Under the pieces are notes generated by a model. It searched no databases. It was not told where the DNA came from and worked only from the letters and a program-made list of their open reading frames with translations. From positions 1-24,378 of the forward strand of contig SMXV01000041.1 of assembly GCA_004356175.1 (NCBI GenBank): DNA of 24,378 nt, read 5' to 3'. Shown here in pieces: positions 9,378 to 17,785 of this stretch (its first letter is position 1; each line of letters opens with the position of its first letter). The position numbers and the translations under genes are program-made. The DNA is from Acidobacteriota bacterium (GTDB lineage: Bacteria > Actinomycetota > Acidimicrobiia > Spongiisociales > UBA5794).

Positions 9378-9659
9378 TTAGGAAGCTTTGCGACGCTCAC
9401 GATCACGTAAACGTCGTCGCATGCGTCGGCGCTCGCCCGCGTCCATACCGCCCCACACGCCAGCAGATTGGTTGGTGGTCAGCGCGTATGACAAACACGC
9501 CTCGCGCACAGGGCATTCGGCGCAGATCGCCCGTGCTTCCTGGGTCGCGGACTCTTCTTCTGACGCCGGAAAGAAAATGTCGCTCTCGACACCGCTGCAC
9601 GCCGCAGCTTCTCTCCAATCGGCGTCCGATTCCCACATCAAATCGCTCAACGTAAGCAC
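9378..9659 (-). CDS. whiB: WhiB-family Fe-S transcriptional regulator
   Basis: W-R-x-x-A-A-C, four Cys (C..CAEC.....C), GVWGG turn, Arg-rich tail; GTG start after GAGAAGGGG. Subclass not assignable. Confidence 0.93.
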   Translation of the reverse strand: MLTLSDLMWESDADWREAAACSGVESDIFFPASEEESATQEARAICAECPVREACLSYALTTNQSAGVWGGMDAGERRRMRRRLRDRERRKAS

Positions 9660-9694
9660 GTGTACCGTACCCCTTCTCTATCCGTGAACCATAT

Positions 9695-9720
9695 AACGAC
9701 TATGGCGGTGTGTGTATTCC
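9695..9720 (-). promoter_or_regulatory. ECF sigma promoter GGAAT-N18-GTT (SigH/sigmaR-type) upstream of whiB
   Basis: Minus strand: AAAAAAA GGAAT acacacaccgccatagtc GTT; 35 nt before GTG 9659; A-tract upstream of the -35. Confidence 0.7.
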
Positions 9721-9883
9721 TTTTTTTGCCAACATACTCGGCGGATACGACACAACATCCTCCTGTCGAATTGGCAACCAGCAGAAGGCGGAGAACATGC
9801 CGTCCACATTCGCATAGGAACAGCTAGAGCGCTGCGGCATGGCTACTCTGTGCGCGACAGACCGCGAGTTTTGGGGGAGTACG

Positions 9884-10462
9884 TTGCCACTCACCATCAT
9901 GTATCAGGGAGCCGACACGACCGTCGAGAATGACACGACGGCATTGATTGGTTCCGACGCTGCCTCGACCGTCCGCATAGTCCGGCCAGGCATTTCACGC
10001 AAGCATGCAGTGGTGTCCTTCGACGGGTCGGCGTGGAAGGTCGAGGACGCCGGCTCGCGCAACGGCATATTCGCTGATGGACAGAGAATTCAGACAATCG
10101 AAATTTCGGGTGCAACCACGCTCTACCTCGGGCACCCCACCGACGGTGAAGTCATCTCATTCGTGCCAGTCTCTGAAGGGGACCCAACCTCCACCGCCTC
10201 AATCCAGGACGAAATCGACGAGTTTGTGATTCCGACCGAAACAGCAGCAGCCACAACGTCGCGGCGTGATCGAACCTCTGCTACAAAAGTGCAGCAGACT
10301 TCAGCTGGATCAGCATCCGACGCCGAACTCGCTGCCCTGACCGCTGCCCTCCGGGATCAGATCAGCTCCGTCAAAGGCCTGACATGGTCAGTATGGGCAA
10401 TGATTGCGGTCACGGCGGTGCTTTCAGTTATGACGCTATTTGTAGGGATTCTGGGGAACTGA
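9884..10462 (+). CDS. FHA-domain protein with C-terminal transmembrane anchor
   Basis: IGSD...ISRKHA...VEDAGSRNG FHA pattern; Thr/Ala-rich linker; terminal hydrophobic helix. Start uncertain (TTG 9884 after GGGGAG; ATG 9839 or 9899 are alternatives). Confidence 0.8.
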   Translation: MPLTIMYQGADTTVENDTTALIGSDAASTVRIVRPGISRKHAVVSFDGSAWKVEDAGSRNGIFADGQRIQTIEISGATTLYLGHPTDGEVISFVPVSEGDPTSTASIQDEIDEFVIPTETAAATTSRRDRTSATKVQQTSAGSASDAELAALTAALRDQISSVKGLTWSVWAMIAVTAVLSVMTLFVGILGN

Positions 10463-10471
10463 TGGGGAAGG

Positions 10472-10543
10472 TTTTCAGCTATCAGCTATCAGTCAGAAGG
10501 ATGGGGCCCAGACGTTCGACAGCTAAGAGCCGAAAGCTAGACG
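10472..10543. repeat. Heptamer-repeat imperfect hairpin (CTATCAG units) between convergent genes
   Basis: TTTTCAG CTATCAG CTATCAG (10472-10492) facing degenerate reverse complements CTAAGAG CCGAAAG CTAGACG (10523-10543). Confidence 0.55.
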
Positions 10544-10551
10544 CTTCTTCC

Positions 10552-11403
10552 TCATGTTTCAAGTTCCGGATTTTGTAAAAACTCCAATACCTCATCGGCA
10601 ATTTCGTCGGCGGATGGTAGATCGTCGGGGATCTTGGTGGTCGTACCGACGCTGTTACCAAGACTCTCGATGAAGGCTGCTGCGTCCGTTCGCTGTGCGA
10701 TTATCTCGTCGAGACGTTCAAGCTGAACTCGTGACTCCTCCTCGAGCTCACTGAGATCGAATTCCGCACCGACCTGTACTGCCACCTTCCGCAAAAGAGC
10801 GAGAACTCCTGTGTGATAGGGCCGACCGACATACTGCGGAACCTGGACCCAGTAGCCGATTGCCTCGATTCCGACCTCCTGGATTGCCGTCCGAAAGACG
10901 GTTCCAGCCGACGAAGGCACGACAATCTCATCGAGGAGCAGTTCGTCGCCGCCCTGTAGCAGTCTGGGGTCGGACGCTGTGCAGAAAACAGGGGGAACTT
11001 CGTCATGGCGAATCGGGGTAGGCACCGCCCCGAGGGTCACGAGATGCGACACACCGAAGCGCTGAGCGAGATTCGCAAGTGCGTCGGAAATCGACTCCCA
11101 AGCAAAATCAGGCTCGTTCCCCACCAGTACGAGTACGTCGCGCCCTGAGGGCTTCACATGGATGATCTCCGTCCGCGGCCACGACACAGTGTGCGGCAGT
11201 CCTGGACCAAAGCGAAGAATGGGACGATTCGATCGGTAGTCGAATATGGAGTCGGGATCGAACGTGACAATCGGCTGTCCCCCTTCGGCGAGCCAGTCGG
11301 CCGCGTCGCTCGCTGCTGAAGCCGCGTCGCCCCAGCCAGCAAGCCCGAACACCATGACCGGATCCTCAAGCGGGGGCGGGGTATGGAGGGTGTACAGGCT
11401 CAT
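10552..11403 (-). CDS. PAC2-family protein (proteasome assembly chaperone-like)
   Basis: PVMVFGLAGWGDAASAAS, DYRSNRP, GNEPDFAW, VTLGAVPTPIRH, GYWVQVPQYV pattern of actinobacterial PAC2 proteins. Confidence 0.85.
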   Translation of the reverse strand: MSLYTLHTPPPLEDPVMVFGLAGWGDAASAASDAADWLAEGGQPIVTFDPDSIFDYRSNRPILRFGPGLPHTVSWPRTEIIHVKPSGRDVLVLVGNEPDFAWESISDALANLAQRFGVSHLVTLGAVPTPIRHDEVPPVFCTASDPRLLQGGDELLLDEIVVPSSAGTVFRTAIQEVGIEAIGYWVQVPQYVGRPYHTGVLALLRKVAVQVGAEFDLSELEEESRVQLERLDEIIAQRTDAAAFIESLGNSVGTTTKIPDDLPSADEIADEVLEFLQNPELET

Positions 11404-11418
11404 CGAATCAGGACCGCA

Positions 11419-11907
11419 TCAGAGGTAAAGACCATTGCCGCGTTCGTCGCGCTCTCCAGCTTCAATCGCGCTTTGAAATCGCATCCGTTCGAGCTGCTGC
11501 GATGCCGCCATCTGCTGGGTAATAAGCGATGCCTGGATGCCATGAAAGAGACCTTCAAGCCAACCAACGAGCTGCGCTTGGGCGATACGAAGTTCTGCTT
11601 CCGATGGAGAGGACGTAATCGGAATGAAGACTGCATCGAGTTCTTCCACGAGGTCATCGGATAGAACCTCGCGCAGTTCACCAATCGACTGCTCGTATAT
11701 TGCTACGAGGCGAACCCGGCCTGCCTCGTCGAGAGGTGCAGCCCGTACCTCCTCAAGCATCGCTCGTGTCATCGATGCGATACGTATCAGCTTGGACGGT
11801 TCCGAGACATGGGGCTGAGCCTCGGGCGTGTCTGGTGCAGTATCGTCGTCGGAAATGATCTCAGGTGTCACGGCGTCAGAGCTGGCGGGTTTCGCTTTGG
11901 AATCCAT
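11419..11907 (-). CDS. bpa: Bacterial proteasome activator Bpa/PafE
   Basis: PSKLIRIASMTRAMLEEVRAAPLDEAGR, ELRIAQAQLVGWLEGLFHGIQ, C-terminal GLYL (HbYX). ATG 11907 lies 6 nt after a TATGCT -10. Confidence 0.92.
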   Translation of the reverse strand: MDSKAKPASSDAVTPEIISDDDTAPDTPEAQPHVSEPSKLIRIASMTRAMLEEVRAAPLDEAGRVRLVAIYEQSIGELREVLSDDLVEELDAVFIPITSSPSEAELRIAQAQLVGWLEGLFHGIQASLITQQMAASQQLERMRFQSAIEAGERDERGNGLYL

Positions 11908-11963
11908 CAAACAAGCATACGGCAACATGCGACAGCGAATACGAGGATGGCCAGCCGGTGCGA

Positions 11964-13514
11964 CTAGGTGGTCGCCACGAACCGAATCATGTGCCATCCC
12001 TCTGCGCCGTTTGGACGAGGTGCCACTCGCAACTCGGACTGGGTCTGGCCAGTCCTGTCGGTCGCTCTCACCCTCAGAGTGTGCGGTCCTTCAGATACAT
12101 CTGTCTCAAACGCCCACTGAATCCAGCTATTGGTCGACAACGGCTCTGTCAACTCAGCGGTCTGCCATGGTCCGTCATCCATCTGTACTTCTACCTGTTC
12201 GATTTCGACGGTCGGCGCCCAAGCAACACCGCCGAATACGTATGTACCGATCGGTATACGACCGCCGGACTTGGGTCGATCCACCCGAGACTGCGTCTTG
12301 ATTGGACCTTCTTTCGCCCAGCCGCGGGGAATCCAATATCCGTCGAAACCATCCCACGTCGTGAGTTCAATCTCTGTGATCCACTTTGTAGCGGACACGT
12401 AGCCATAGAGGCCAGGAATCACAAGGCGAGCAGGGAAGCCATGATTGGCTGGAAGAATCTCGCGATTCATACCAACAGCGAGCAGAGCATCGCGTCCGTC
12501 GAACGCAAGCTCGGTAGGGAACCCAGCGGTCCATCCGTCAACCGATCGGCCAACGATCTGGTCGGCGCCAGGCTGTACACCGGCAAGGTTGAGAATGTCG
12601 GGGAGGGGCACGCCCGTCCACAAGGCGTTGCCAACGAGGTGGTCGCCGACTTCGTTCGATACACATGCGAGAGTCGCATATTTCTCGACGAGCGGCATAT
12701 TGAGAATGTCGTCGTACGTGAGCACAACCTCCTTGTCGACCATTCCATGAATGGTCAAGGTCCACTCCTCTGGGTCGATTGCGGGGACAACCAGCGCAGT
12801 GTCGATTCGATAGAACGTAGTGTTTGAGACAACGATCGGCGCAACCAATTTCAGATCGAAATCATTTTCGCCTGTGGGGTCTTTCTCCGCTGTGAAGGGC
12901 ACGGGTAGATCGAGTGCTTCGAGCTGAGCCTCCGCCCTCGATCGTATCTTCGCCCTTCCGACACCGATCATGAGAACTGACACGGTTGCAGCTGCACCGA
13001 CTGCAAGAAGAAGTCTTCGTCGCTCGATGCTCGGAATGTCGCCATCGGTGACATCGCGCTCTTTGGGCTTCGTCCACTCTCTGATGCCATACCAGGTGAG
13101 AAGACCGACGACTCCTGCGATGAGTGTTGAGACGACGACGATTCCGGTCTCAGCAGCGGCGTCACCAAGCTGGGCGGCGATTCCCACAATCGCGAACAGT
13201 GCGAACCCGATAAGGATCGGCCACGGAGACACCGAGGAATTGTTGCCGAGCAGCCAGCCAAACAGAAGCGCGACAATGACCATGCTCAACCCGAGCACGG
13301 CCTTGTCCGCGGTGCCAAAGGTAGAAATGGCGAACGACTCGAGCCATGCAGGGGTCACGTCGACCACATACGAACCGATCGACGAAATCGCTGACGGAAT
13401 CGACGGCGATAGACCGGCAAGTAGCTCGGTGACGCCGAGGGTCACGGCGACACCAGCCGTACCTGCCCACGCAGATCGACGGCGCGCGTTGACTTTGGCC
13501 TCTATCTTCCCCAT
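11964..13514 (-). CDS. Membrane-anchored molybdopterin oxidoreductase (sulfite oxidase/MsrP superfamily)
   Basis: FYRIDTAL, TLACVSN (Mo-ligand Cys), GNALWTGVPL, HGFPARLVIPGLYGYVSATKW, C-terminal dimerisation-type domain; N-terminal TM helices. ATG 13514 avoids overlap with polX. Confidence 0.88.
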   Translation of the reverse strand: MGKIEAKVNARRRSAWAGTAGVAVTLGVTELLAGLSPSIPSAISSIGSYVVDVTPAWLESFAISTFGTADKAVLGLSMVIVALLFGWLLGNNSSVSPWPILIGFALFAIVGIAAQLGDAAAETGIVVVSTLIAGVVGLLTWYGIREWTKPKERDVTDGDIPSIERRRLLLAVGAAATVSVLMIGVGRAKIRSRAEAQLEALDLPVPFTAEKDPTGENDFDLKLVAPIVVSNTTFYRIDTALVVPAIDPEEWTLTIHGMVDKEVVLTYDDILNMPLVEKYATLACVSNEVGDHLVGNALWTGVPLPDILNLAGVQPGADQIVGRSVDGWTAGFPTELAFDGRDALLAVGMNREILPANHGFPARLVIPGLYGYVSATKWITEIELTTWDGFDGYWIPRGWAKEGPIKTQSRVDRPKSGGRIPIGTYVFGGVAWAPTVEIEQVEVQMDDGPWQTAELTEPLSTNSWIQWAFETDVSEGPHTLRVRATDRTGQTQSELRVAPRPNGAEGWHMIRFVATT

Positions 13515-13524
13515 AGACCTAGAT

Positions 13525-13550
13525 AACGACGTTGCTGGTGCATCAGTTCC
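13525..13550 (-). promoter_or_regulatory. ECF sigma promoter GGAAC-N17-CGTT upstream of the Mo-oxidoreductase
   Basis: Minus strand: GGAAC tgatgcaccagcaacgtc GTT, 10 nt before ATG 13514; the polX stop codon lies inside it. Confidence 0.68.
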
Positions 13551-15285
13551 GCCGTTCTCCAACCCAGGCAAGAAAATCATCGAGCTGAAGGCAGTTCACG
13601 ACACGGTGCGACGGGACCCATCCCCTTCGCGCCTGAGCGACACCCCACCGTTGGTGGTTGTACGCAGATACGTGGTGCGCGTCCGTCGAGATTGCGAAGA
13701 GCACGTCGGTGGTTTCCACGGCACGGCGAAGCATCGGAGCCGACAGATCGAGCCTTTTCAGGTGGCTGTTGATCTCAAGCGCTGTGCCAGATGAGGAAGC
13801 GGCGGCGAACACCGCGTCAGCGTCAAATTCGATGCCGCCGCGCTTTCCGAGCATCCGTCCGCTTGGATGCCCAATCACGTTCACAGCGGGATTCTCGATC
13901 GCAGCGAGGAGCCGCTCGGTCTGCTCGGCGACGCTCAGCTCAAAGTACGAGTGAATCGACGCAACCCCAAAGTCGAATCCGTCCAGAAAGGTTGGGCTGT
14001 AGTCGATCGACCCGTCTCTTCCGATGTTGAGCTCGGCACCGTGCAGAATCGTGAGAGTCGGGTACGACGGACGGAGGCTCTCAATCTCTCTCCGTTGCCC
14101 GAGCATACGCTCTTCCGAGAGTCCGTTCATCACGAGGTCCTCTGCGTGGTCCGTGATTGCTATGAACTCCATGCCAAGTTCCACGGCGGCGTCGAGCATG
14201 TCGTGCAGGGAGCTGCGACCGTCCCCTGACCAGCTTGTGTGGACGTGCAGGTCGCCGCGCAACTCCTCTTGAGCAATGGGGGCCGGAAGTGTTCCGTTCT
14301 CGGCCGCAGAAATCTCCCCAGTATCCTCTCTCAGTTCAGGTGCTATCCATGGCAGGTCGAGTTTTGCATAGATGTCCGCCTCAGTTTTCGCAGCAACAAC
14401 GTCCCCGGAGTTGACATCAGACAGCGAGTATTCGTTGAGCGTCATACCCCGTTCGATCGCTCTCGTGCGTAGCGCTATGTTGTGTGCCTTTGAACCGGTG
14501 AAATACATGAGCGCTGCGCCGAGCGACTCAGTTGGTACGACACGAAGATCGACCTGTACCCGATCTCCCATAACGATCGACGCCTTTGTCGTTCCCGATC
14601 CGAGAATGGCTGTCACTCCGGGCAGGTTGACGAACGCCTCAACCACGAGCGATCCTGAGTCGGCGGTGACAAGGATGTCTATGTCGCCGATCGTTTCTGA
14701 GAGCCGTCGCAGACTGCCCGCGTACTCAATTGTCAGTACTCCATCGACGCTTTCGAGTTCAGAAATCACACGGTGGGCGGTCTCCATGGCATCGGCAATC
14801 TCCATGCGAGAATCGTCGGAATGGAGGCCGAGGAGCGAGATTGCCTGTGCGATCTTCTCCTCAGATTTTTCCCCAAGACCGGGCAGGGTTCGTAGCTGCT
14901 GCTTCTCGATTGCGCGAGTCAATCCCTCGACATCAACAACCTGCAGGGAGTCCTGCAACAACAGGACCCTTTTCGGACCGAGACCAGGGATCCGCATCAA
15001 CTCGATCATCGATGGAGGGAAGCGGTCCTTGAGCCGCTCGACCTTCGCAATCTCTCCGGTCGACGAGAACTCCAGTATCTTTCGAGCCGTACTGTCGCCA
15101 ATACCGTCGATTTCGGTGAGTTCTGCGAGAGTCATGTCGCACACACGACTCGCGTTTGATGCGATTGCGTCTACGGCTTTCTCATAGGCTCGTGTCCTGA
15201 ATGATTGGCTCTTTCCGTCTTCGAGCTTCGTGTACGAGATGAGTTCACGCAGCGCCGCCATCACCGATTCGTTTGATGGTGTCAC
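13543..15285 (-). CDS. polX: DNA polymerase X with C-terminal PHP domain
   Basis: FRTRAYEKA, HhH IDGIG/IPGLG, YAGSLRR, GDIDIL and VDLRV catalytic Asp, YFTGSKAHN, PHP motifs GDLHVHTSWSGDG, ITDH, STDAH. Confidence 0.95.
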   Translation of the reverse strand: MTPSNESVMAALRELISYTKLEDGKSQSFRTRAYEKAVDAIASNASRVCDMTLAELTEIDGIGDSTARKILEFSSTGEIAKVERLKDRFPPSMIELMRIPGLGPKRVLLLQDSLQVVDVEGLTRAIEKQQLRTLPGLGEKSEEKIAQAISLLGLHSDDSRMEIADAMETAHRVISELESVDGVLTIEYAGSLRRLSETIGDIDILVTADSGSLVVEAFVNLPGVTAILGSGTTKASIVMGDRVQVDLRVVPTESLGAALMYFTGSKAHNIALRTRAIERGMTLNEYSLSDVNSGDVVAAKTEADIYAKLDLPWIAPELREDTGEISAAENGTLPAPIAQEELRGDLHVHTSWSGDGRSSLHDMLDAAVELGMEFIAITDHAEDLVMNGLSEERMLGQRREIESLRPSYPTLTILHGAELNIGRDGSIDYSPTFLDGFDFGVASIHSYFELSVAEQTERLLAAIENPAVNVIGHPSGRMLGKRGGIEFDADAVFAAASSSGTALEINSHLKRLDLSAPMLRRAVETTDVLFAISTDAHHVSAYNHQRWGVAQARRGWVPSHRVVNCLQLDDFLAWVGERRN

Positions 15286-16214
15286 AGCGACAAGAGTGAG
15301 TAGACGCCGAACGTGCCGATCAGGAGCAATCCCTCCACACGGCTTATGCGCTGCGAGGAATACGCGAACACGCCAGCAAACACGGCCGAGAGAACCATGA
15401 TCGAGATCAACACAGGCGGCACCGCGGACACGCTGCCCGGGCCGAGAATCGCAGCGACACCGGCAACCCCAAGAGAGTTGAAGACGTTCGATCCGAGCAC
15501 GTTCCCGAGAACAAGGTCCGATGCCCCTCTGCGCGCGCCCGCGAACGCAGCCGAGAGTTCCGGCAGGCTTGTGCCCACGCCGGTGATGAGACCCATGAAC
15601 ACAACGGACAAACCAGCTGATTCGCCGATTGACAGGACGCCGTTGAGCAGTACTCGACCAGCGACGACTGTGGCAGCAAGTGCGACGAGGCCAATAGCAA
15701 CGTCGCGCCCAATATGTCGAGGCTCCTCGACAGTGCCCGGTTCGTGTTCGTCTGGTTCGGCGGCTCCGTCATTTGCCCAGTAGATGAGTAATCCGATGGC
15801 CACGAACATCCCAGCGACAAGACCGACTCCCTCCGAGACCGATACGGTGCCGTCTGCCAAGACGGCCGCAAAGGCGCAAACAGAACCGAGCATGAGTAAT
15901 CCTTCACGTCTCACGACGGAGTGCGTTGTCACAAGGACGGATATCAGCGCTGCCGAACCGAGGACGAGCGTTAGATTTGCTGTGTTCGAAGCAAGCACGT
16001 TGCTCATCGCGAGTCCAGTTTCGCCCTTCGACGCCGCCACGATCGATACGACAAACTCTGGCACAGACGTGCCAAACCCAACGATGACAGCACCGACAAT
16101 GACGGCTGAGACATTGAGCGCCTTCGCGAGGTTCACGGCGGACACAACAAGCCGATCGGCCGCCACCACGAGCACAATGAGACCACCAATGATCAGCAAG
16201 ATGTCGTACGCCAC
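15282..16214 (-). CDS. Ca2+/cation (Ca/Na) antiporter, YrbG-like
   Basis: Two alpha repeats GFGTSVPE...ASN and GVGTSLPE...GSN; GTGA overlap with the polX start. Confidence 0.92.
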   Translation of the reverse strand: MAYDILLIIGGLIVLVVAADRLVVSAVNLAKALNVSAVIVGAVIVGFGTSVPEFVVSIVAASKGETGLAMSNVLASNTANLTLVLGSAALISVLVTTHSVVRREGLLMLGSVCAFAAVLADGTVSVSEGVGLVAGMFVAIGLLIYWANDGAAEPDEHEPGTVEEPRHIGRDVAIGLVALAATVVAGRVLLNGVLSIGESAGLSVVFMGLITGVGTSLPELSAAFAGARRGASDLVLGNVLGSNVFNSLGVAGVAAILGPGSVSAVPPVLISIMVLSAVFAGVFAYSSQRISRVEGLLLIGTFGVYSLLSL

Positions 16215-16346
16215 GTCTGTACCTCCGTGGGGCGATGGTACCGCGTATCGATATTGCTCCAGTGATCGAACGGTCTGTAGCAGATGGCGACGGACTCATA
16301 CCGACGTACAAGTCGTGAACCACAGACCTGAGTAGGCTCTACCACC

Positions 16347-17729
16347 GTGGCAGGCATCGATGAACCGATACATGAAACGTGGCTGGGCGGTGACTCGCTG
16401 GTTCCGAAACGCTTCGTACGGCCTGCCATCGAATTCACCCGCGTAGAGGCAGCGGGTGGGGGCATTCTTCTCGTCACCGCGGTAATTGCATTGATCTGGG
16501 CAAACTCGATGTGGTACGAGTCATATTTCACGTTGTTCAATGCCCCCATTGAGGTCGCTTTCGGCCCTGTTCACATTGCCGAGTCATTCAAGGACATCAT
16601 CAACGACGGCCTCATGGTGGTGTTCTTCTTCGTCGTCGGCCTTGAAATCAAACGAGAGCTCGCCGTTGGCGAGCTGAACTCGCTCAAAAAGGCATCTCTC
16701 CCAGTAATTGCGGCGCTTGGAGGCATGATCGTCCCAGCATTGATCTACGTTGCGTTTGTGGTCGGAACCGGTGATCCCGAAGCCATCAAAGGTTGGGGGG
16801 TGCCAATGGCGACAGACATCGCGTTCTCTGTTGGCATTGTTGCGCTCCTGGGCTCGCGCATATCGGTGAGCGCAAAACTCTTTCTCCTCGCCCTTGCGAT
16901 CGTCGATGACATCGGCGCAATCCTCGTCATCGCCGTCTTCTACACAAGCGAAATCGACTTCGGCTACCTCGCGTTTGCTGCAGCGCTGCTAATCGCTATT
17001 CACTTCGCCAAGAAGGCAGGCGTTTCAAGTCTGTTGTTCTATGTGCCCGTCGCCTTCGTCATCTGGTTCTTGTTTCTCGAATCAGGTGTGCACGCAACCA
17101 TTGCCGGCGTCATTCTCGGACTCATGACACCGGCCTACGCCAAATACTCAGATGAAACGTTCAGACAGAAGATGGTCAGAATATTGAGCCGATGGGACAC
17201 CAACAGAGCCTCCCCCGATTCAGCAGACCGACTCGATGCCGATGCCCGAGATCTCGCGCGCGTATCCATTGCTTCGATTTCGCCGCTCAACCGTCTTGAG
17301 CACGCGCTCCATCCTTGGTCGTCCTTCCTGATTGTCCCACTGTTTGCCCTGGCAAATGCGGGTGTCCGATTCGTAGGAAACGAAGCAAGTTTTGCCGAGC
17401 AGGTAACCGCGCCAGTTGCCCTCGGGGTCGCCATTGGACTTCTCGTCGGAAAACCGTTGGGAGTCATTGCTGCAACATGGCTTGGGGTCAAACTCGGACT
17501 CGGTGTACTGCCAAATCGGACCTCGTTCGCCACGGTGCTTGGACTTGGCATGCTCGCTGGCGTTGGCTTCACGGTGGCCCTCTTTATCACCGAGTTGGCA
17601 TTCACCAGTGAATTGCTAACGGCAGAGGCCAAACTCGGGATCTTCATCGGGTCCATTGTCTCGGGCCTTGCGGGCTACGCCGTGCTTAGGATCTCCAACC
17701 CACTGAGACCTGAGTCGCCGGAGATCTGA
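16347..17729 (+). CDS. nhaA: Na+/H+ antiporter NhaA
   Basis: INDGLM..FFF.VGLEIKRE, GWGVPMATDIAF, LAIVDDIGAILVIAVFY, GKPLG, AGVGFTVALFI. GTG start 8 nt after a TAGGCT -10. Confidence 0.95.
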   Translation: MAGIDEPIHETWLGGDSLVPKRFVRPAIEFTRVEAAGGGILLVTAVIALIWANSMWYESYFTLFNAPIEVAFGPVHIAESFKDIINDGLMVVFFFVVGLEIKRELAVGELNSLKKASLPVIAALGGMIVPALIYVAFVVGTGDPEAIKGWGVPMATDIAFSVGIVALLGSRISVSAKLFLLALAIVDDIGAILVIAVFYTSEIDFGYLAFAAALLIAIHFAKKAGVSSLLFYVPVAFVIWFLFLESGVHATIAGVILGLMTPAYAKYSDETFRQKMVRILSRWDTNRASPDSADRLDADARDLARVSIASISPLNRLEHALHPWSSFLIVPLFALANAGVRFVGNEASFAEQVTAPVALGVAIGLLVGKPLGVIAATWLGVKLGLGVLPNRTSFATVLGLGMLAGVGFTVALFITELAFTSELLTAEAKLGIFIGSIVSGLAGYAVLRISNPLRPESPEI

Positions 17730-17751
17730 CATTTCGATTCCGATGAGACCG

Positions 17752-17777
17752 GGAACATTTGTCAACGCCACGTAGTT
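17752..17777 (+). promoter_or_regulatory. ECF sigma promoter GGAAC-N18-GTT upstream of the DUF547 gene
   Basis: GGAAC atttgtcaacgccacgta GTT, 8 nt before GTG 17786; overlaps an alternative TAGTTT -10 at 17773-17778. Confidence 0.62.
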
Positions 17778-17785
17778 TCTCCTCC

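Noticed and set aside
16215-16346. Possible Na+-sensing riboswitch between the two cation antiporters
   Set aside because: nhaA looks leaderless and the antiporter leader is very short; no recognisable aptamer consensus.
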